32,000 bases of DNA, taken from Erysipelotrichaceae bacterium. GTDB taxonomy: Bacteria > Bacillota_I > Bacilli_A > Erysipelotrichales > Erysipelotrichaceae. Both the position numbers and the translations under genes were made by a program. Numbering within the stretch: position 1 is the first letter of the stretch; each line of letters opens with the position of its first letter. Below are positions 28,183-32,000 of this stretch, in pieces. Below the pieces are notes generated by a model, which saw only the letters and a list, made by a program, of their open reading frames with translations, made no database searches and was not told the origin of the DNA. Where the stretch lies: assembly GCA_963663995.1 (NCBI GenBank), contig OY760660.1, forward strand, positions 810,001 through 842,000. Direction: 5' to 3'.

Positions 28183-29706
28183 TTGCGCACTAACTACACA
28201 ATAAAAAATGGAATTGTAGGATTAATTTCACAATTCATAAACTTAATATTTGGATTTGTACTAAGAGCCTATTTCATTCAAGTACTATCTTCCGAGTATC
28301 TTGGGCTAAATGGATTATTTCAAGATTTATTAAGTATCCTGTCAGTATCTGAATTGGGTATTGGCAGCGCTATAACATTTGCTTTATATCAACCAATTTT
28401 CGAAAACAATCAAGACAAGATAACTGCCTTATTTAATTTTTATAAGAAAGCTTATCGTATCGTCAGTATCTTTATTTTTGCAGCAGCCTTATGCATCAGC
28501 CCTTTTATTCAAGTTTTTATTAAAGATTTTACTTTAGATATCAATTATATTCGACTAATTTTTATGTTGTTTGTTTTAAACACTAGTTTAGCTTATATTC
28601 TAGGGACATCACGAATTATTGTTTTTGCCCATCAACAAAACTATATTCTTTTACTGATTGATTTAGTATTCAAAACAATATTAACTTTTTCTCAAATTTA
28701 TATCTTATTAAACACAGGGAATTATCTTTTATATCTAGCTTTAATGCTTACCTATACAATCGTTGATAATACTGTTATTCGATTTGTTACCATCAAAAAA
28801 TACCCTTTCTTACTTGATAAATCTAAGCAACTCAATGCTGAATATAAATCAAAAATCATGAGTAATTTGAAATACCTAAGTATTTCATCGTTGATTAGTA
28901 TTGGTGTTTTAGGTACAGATCGTATTATTATCTCTTCCTTGATTGGAATAAGTATATTGGGGATTTACTCGAACTATGCATTAATTGTTCAACAAGTTCA
29001 AAACTTGTTTATAAACCTTTTAAATGGAGTTGTAGCCTCGTTTGGTAATCTAATTGCAGAAAAAAATCAAGATAAGATTAAATCTATGTACTATGTTTAT
29101 TCGTTTGCTTATTTTTTAATTGCCAGTTTTACGTCAGTTGCTTTTTATATTCTTTTAACACCCTTTATAAAAGATATTTGGTTAAATGCTGAATATACGA
29201 TAAATCCAACCCTTGTTTTAGTCATCGTATTCAATAGTTATTTATTTCTATCTCGCCAACCTGTATGGCAACTACAAAATTCTGCTGGAATATTTAAACA
29301 ATATATTCCTTTTTCTATCATTGAGTTTTTTATAAACTTATCCGTTTCGATTATCGGTGGACTAAATTTCGGATTAATTGGAGTATTCTTTGGCTCTACA
29401 AGTGCCTATTTAATTTCATGGACTGGACAAATGTATATTCTAAATAAACATGTCATTTTTGATAAGGTCAGAAAAATCTATATAAAGCAAGTAAGCTACC
29501 TAACAATAACAATCTCAGAATTAATTCTTAGTCAATTTATTTTAAGCAATATTCATTGGAATAATGCTTGGATACAATTTATATTCAACGGCTTATTTAT
29601 ACTAATATTCTGCTTCTCAATAAATTCAGTTCTTTTTTATAAAACAAATGAATTTCAATATATTAAATCAACGATTTTGAATCGCATTAATTTTTCCAGG
29701 AAATAG
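28183..29706 (+). CDS. Wzx-type flippase (MOP/polysaccharide biosynthesis protein family)
   Basis: 507 aa with about 12-14 TM segments. N-terminus NGIVGLISQFINLIFGFVLRAYFIQVLSSEYLGLNGLF is typical of this family. TTG start 7 nt after GAAGAGG. Confidence 0.75.
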   Translation: MRTNYTIKNGIVGLISQFINLIFGFVLRAYFIQVLSSEYLGLNGLFQDLLSILSVSELGIGSAITFALYQPIFENNQDKITALFNFYKKAYRIVSIFIFAAALCISPFIQVFIKDFTLDINYIRLIFMLFVLNTSLAYILGTSRIIVFAHQQNYILLLIDLVFKTILTFSQIYILLNTGNYLLYLALMLTYTIVDNTVIRFVTIKKYPFLLDKSKQLNAEYKSKIMSNLKYLSISSLISIGVLGTDRIIISSLIGISILGIYSNYALIVQQVQNLFINLLNGVVASFGNLIAEKNQDKIKSMYYVYSFAYFLIASFTSVAFYILLTPFIKDIWLNAEYTINPTLVLVIVFNSYLFLSRQPVWQLQNSAGIFKQYIPFSIIEFFINLSVSIIGGLNFGLIGVFFGSTSAYLISWTGQMYILNKHVIFDKVRKIYIKQVSYLTITISELILSQFILSNIHWNNAWIQFIFNGLFILIFCFSINSVLFYKTNEFQYIKSTILNRINFSRK

Positions 29707-30687
29707 TTTTATATAAATGAGTCGATAAATATCCATGAGATAGGCTTTGACTCCATAATTGTATTTAGAATAATATCTCTTTAAATAGGCAACTGTTAAA
29801 TTTATTAACGACTTTATAAAGGACAGTTTATGTAAACTTGTCCTTTTTATTTGAAAGTCTAAGTTAGTTAATAAATCAGATTGATATGAACTATTCGTAT
29901 TATTTTGAATTAAAGCATCATAGACTCTTTTATGTCTTTTGACTAAATAAATATCACTTTCATAATAGAAATTAACATTTGTATATAAACTCTTCCAATA
30001 GGATAGTTTTCTACCTCGTTTAATCCCAACAACATTACTTGCATGTTGACGATAGTTAATTAAAGGTTCATTAATTCCGATGATTTCTTTTCTTAATGCA
30101 GCATTTGTTGCAATCCAATCATCGTGATATACATCATCCGGAATATCTTTAATATCCATGAAAAAAGATTTCTTAAATGACATACAACATCCAGCCATTG
30201 ATCGCCCTAGATATAAAAGACTAAAAATACTCGCTTGTCCTTTTTCTTTATCTAAGATTAATTTTTCAGGCCATAATGTGGAAATGGTGCTAACTCCATC
30301 TTCCTTAACAACATTCGCATTTGAATAGACTAAGTCTACATCAGGGTTATTTCTAAATTCATTTAGATGTTTTTCAAGCTTCATTTTATCCCAAATATCA
30401 TCTTGATCACAAGTAAAAACAAGATCACTAGTACACTGCGTAATCGCAAATGGAAAGTTCTTAAAAACACCTAAACCTTTGTCTTGTGTATAGATTTTAT
30501 AGTTTATTCCTGATGATTTTAAAACATGATCAATTAATTCAACAGTTCTATCTTTTGAACAATCATCCGAAATAATAATCTCATCTGGTTTATGAGTTTG
30601 ATTAATCAATGATTGAATTTGTTCTTCAATATACTTTTCACCATTGTAGGTACAAAGTGCTATTGAAATAGTAAAGTCTTTTCCCAT
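29668..30687 (-). CDS. Glycosyltransferase family 2 (rhamnosyltransferase-like)
   Basis: FTISIALCTYNGEKYIEEQIQSLINQT and ISDDCSKD motifs. Start moved to ATG 30687, one base after the rmlC stop; the track extension to 30771 overlaps rmlC. Confidence 0.8.
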   Translation of the reverse strand: MGKDFTISIALCTYNGEKYIEEQIQSLINQTHKPDEIIISDDCSKDRTVELIDHVLKSSGINYKIYTQDKGLGVFKNFPFAITQCTSDLVFTCDQDDIWDKMKLEKHLNEFRNNPDVDLVYSNANVVKEDGVSTISTLWPEKLILDKEKGQASIFSLLYLGRSMAGCCMSFKKSFFMDIKDIPDDVYHDDWIATNAALRKEIIGINEPLINYRQHASNVVGIKRGRKLSYWKSLYTNVNFYYESDIYLVKRHKRVYDALIQNNTNSSYQSDLLTNLDFQIKRTSLHKLSFIKSLINLTVAYLKRYYSKYNYGVKAYLMDIYRLIYIKLFPGKINAIQNR

Positions 30688-30688
30688 T

Positions 30689-31228
30689 TTATTTCCAAAG
30701 TGGTAACTTAGCATCCTTATCAGAAACAATAATTTCGTTGATATTAATATATTTATTCCACTCAACACCAATGTTTGAATCTAAATAATGAATACCACCA
30801 TCATTTTCTTTTGAGTAAATATTATCAACTTTATATGCCACTTCAACATTATCTTCTAAAGTTAGAAAGCCATGAGCAAATCCGCGAGGAATAAACATTT
30901 GCTTCTTTTCTTTATCATCTAACACAATACCGAACCATTGTAGATAGGTAGGACTACTTTTTCTTAAATCGACAGCAACATCATAAATTGAGCCTTTTAT
31001 GCACCGAACAAGTTTTGCCTGCTCATAAGGTGCTGTTTGAAAATGTAAGCCTCTTAATGTACCTTTTGACACGGACAGAGATTGATTATCTTGAACAAAA
31101 TTTGAATTTATCCCTACTTTACTGTATTTATCCTCATGATATGTTTCCATAAACCATCCACGGTTATCTTCAAAGATTTGTGGTACGATTACAATCAAAC
31201 TCTCAATTGGGGTTTTTTCAATCTTCAT
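30689..31228 (-). CDS. rfbC: dTDP-4-dehydrorhamnose 3,5-epimerase
   Basis: FEDNRGWFMETY, LRGLHFQ and RGFAHGF are RmlC cupin motifs. Confidence 0.92.
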   Translation of the reverse strand: MKIEKTPIESLIVIVPQIFEDNRGWFMETYHEDKYSKVGINSNFVQDNQSLSVSKGTLRGLHFQTAPYEQAKLVRCIKGSIYDVAVDLRKSSPTYLQWFGIVLDDKEKKQMFIPRGFAHGFLTLEDNVEVAYKVDNIYSKENDGGIHYLDSNIGVEWNKYININEIIVSDKDAKLPLWK

Positions 31229-31229
31229 C

Positions 31230-32000
31230 TTATTTCTCCGTATCTATTACTTTTAAATAACGATTTACCGCATCTTTCCAATGTGGTAAAGTTGTAAATC
31301 CAAAATTTTTAATTTTTTCTTTTGATAGACGTGAATTTAATGGTCGATTTGCTTTATATGAATAATCCTTTGTTTTTAAAGATTTGATTAAACAAGTACT
31401 GTTCTTAACTAGTTTAATATAATTTGCTAAATCATACCATGAACAAAAGCCTTCATTACCTATATGAAATGTTCCATATTGGTTACTATTAAAAATCTCA
31501 ATAACACTTGTAGCGATATCAACACTGTAACTAGGACTGCCAATTTGATCGTCCACTATACTTAATGAATCTTTAGAATCCATAAGTTTACTAATGGTTT
31601 TAATAAAGTTGTTCCCATTACCAAACAGCCATGTGACACGTACAATAAAATATTTACTTAAATTTGATTTAAGTTCTTCCTCTGATACATTTTTGGTATA
31701 ACCATAATAGTTAATTGGATTTGTATTATCTTCTTCAACATAGACATCATCTTTAGTCCCATCAAAAACATAATCACTGCTTATAAATAAAAACTTTGCA
31801 TCTTTTTCATTGCATATTTGAATAAGATTATGTGTCGCAACAACATTATTTGAGTAACATAAATCATGATTATCTTCAGCATCATCTACTTTTGTATAGG
31901 CGGCACAGTGAATAATACCTTCTACGTTTTTATCACAAAAGTAAAGTTTCATAGCTTCGAAATCTGTCAAATCAAAATCCTGACGTGATAAACCAATACA
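31230..32000 (-). CDS. rfbD: dTDP-4-dehydrorhamnose reductase (5-prime end outside window)
   Basis: IIHCAAYTKVDDAE, SSDYVFDG and YGYTK are RmlD motifs. The frame stays open upstream of the track TTG (31970) to the window edge (CIGLSRQDFDLTDFEAM), so the gene is truncated by the window. Confidence 0.88.
   Translation of the reverse strand, partial: CIGLSRQDFDLTDFEAMKLYFCDKNVEGIIHCAAYTKVDDAEDNHDLCYSNNVVATHNLIQICNEKDAKFLFISSDYVFDGTKDDVYVEEDNTNPINYYGYTKNVSEEELKSNLSKYFIVRVTWLFGNGNNFIKTISKLMDSKDSLSIVDDQIGSPSYSVDIATSVIEIFNSNQYGTFHIGNEGFCSWYDLANYIKLVKNSTCLIKSLKTKDYSYKANRPLNSRLSKEKIKNFGFTTLPHWKDAVNRYLKVIDTEK

Overview
AT-rich chromosomal segment from a low-GC Gram-positive-type bacterium (Bacillota-like; TGA is used as a stop codon; no finer assignment is possible from sequence alone). 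Gene-dense, with 34 supported CDS. I recognised no rRNA, tRNA, CRISPR array, IS element or prophage. Layout: (1) 1-7640, minus strand: cls fragment, PHP phosphatase, Cof-type HAD, GNAT, then a chitobiose/cellobiose-type PTS locus (EIIC, degenerate EIIB-like protein, YdjC/ChbG deacetylase, HAD, GH4 6-phospho-beta-glucosidase, EIIB). The locus splits into at least three transcription units by hairpins, and two of them carry good cre sites. (2) 7734-9337: two translationally coupled RDD membrane proteins, and a convergent SHOCT membrane protein with a CsoR-like operator upstream. (3) 9529-11790: lysA-asd. (4) 11907-15373: glycan locus part 1 (priming phosphotransferase, Alg14-like, GT4, Alg13-like). 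(5) 15491-17856: XRE regulator, then a separate three-gene unit (77-aa TM protein, standalone DUF2156/MprF-C-terminal-like protein, Eis-like GNAT). (6) gap. (7) divergent metH / metF-luxS. (8) 24060-32000: glycan locus part 2 (GT2, GT-C-like membrane protein, O-antigen-ligase/Wzy-like protein, Wzx, GT2, rmlC, partial rmlD), with a markedly AT-richer core. Most worth follow-up: the TM/DUF2156/GNAT module; the Cys-to-Ser EIIB paralogue in a locus with no EIIA; the symmetric 39-bp met promoter region with no riboswitch; a recurrent leaderless-mRNA signature; and the CsoR-like operator. Nothing here is demonstrably a new system from sequence alone. All functional calls rest on motif recognition by eye, without database searches.
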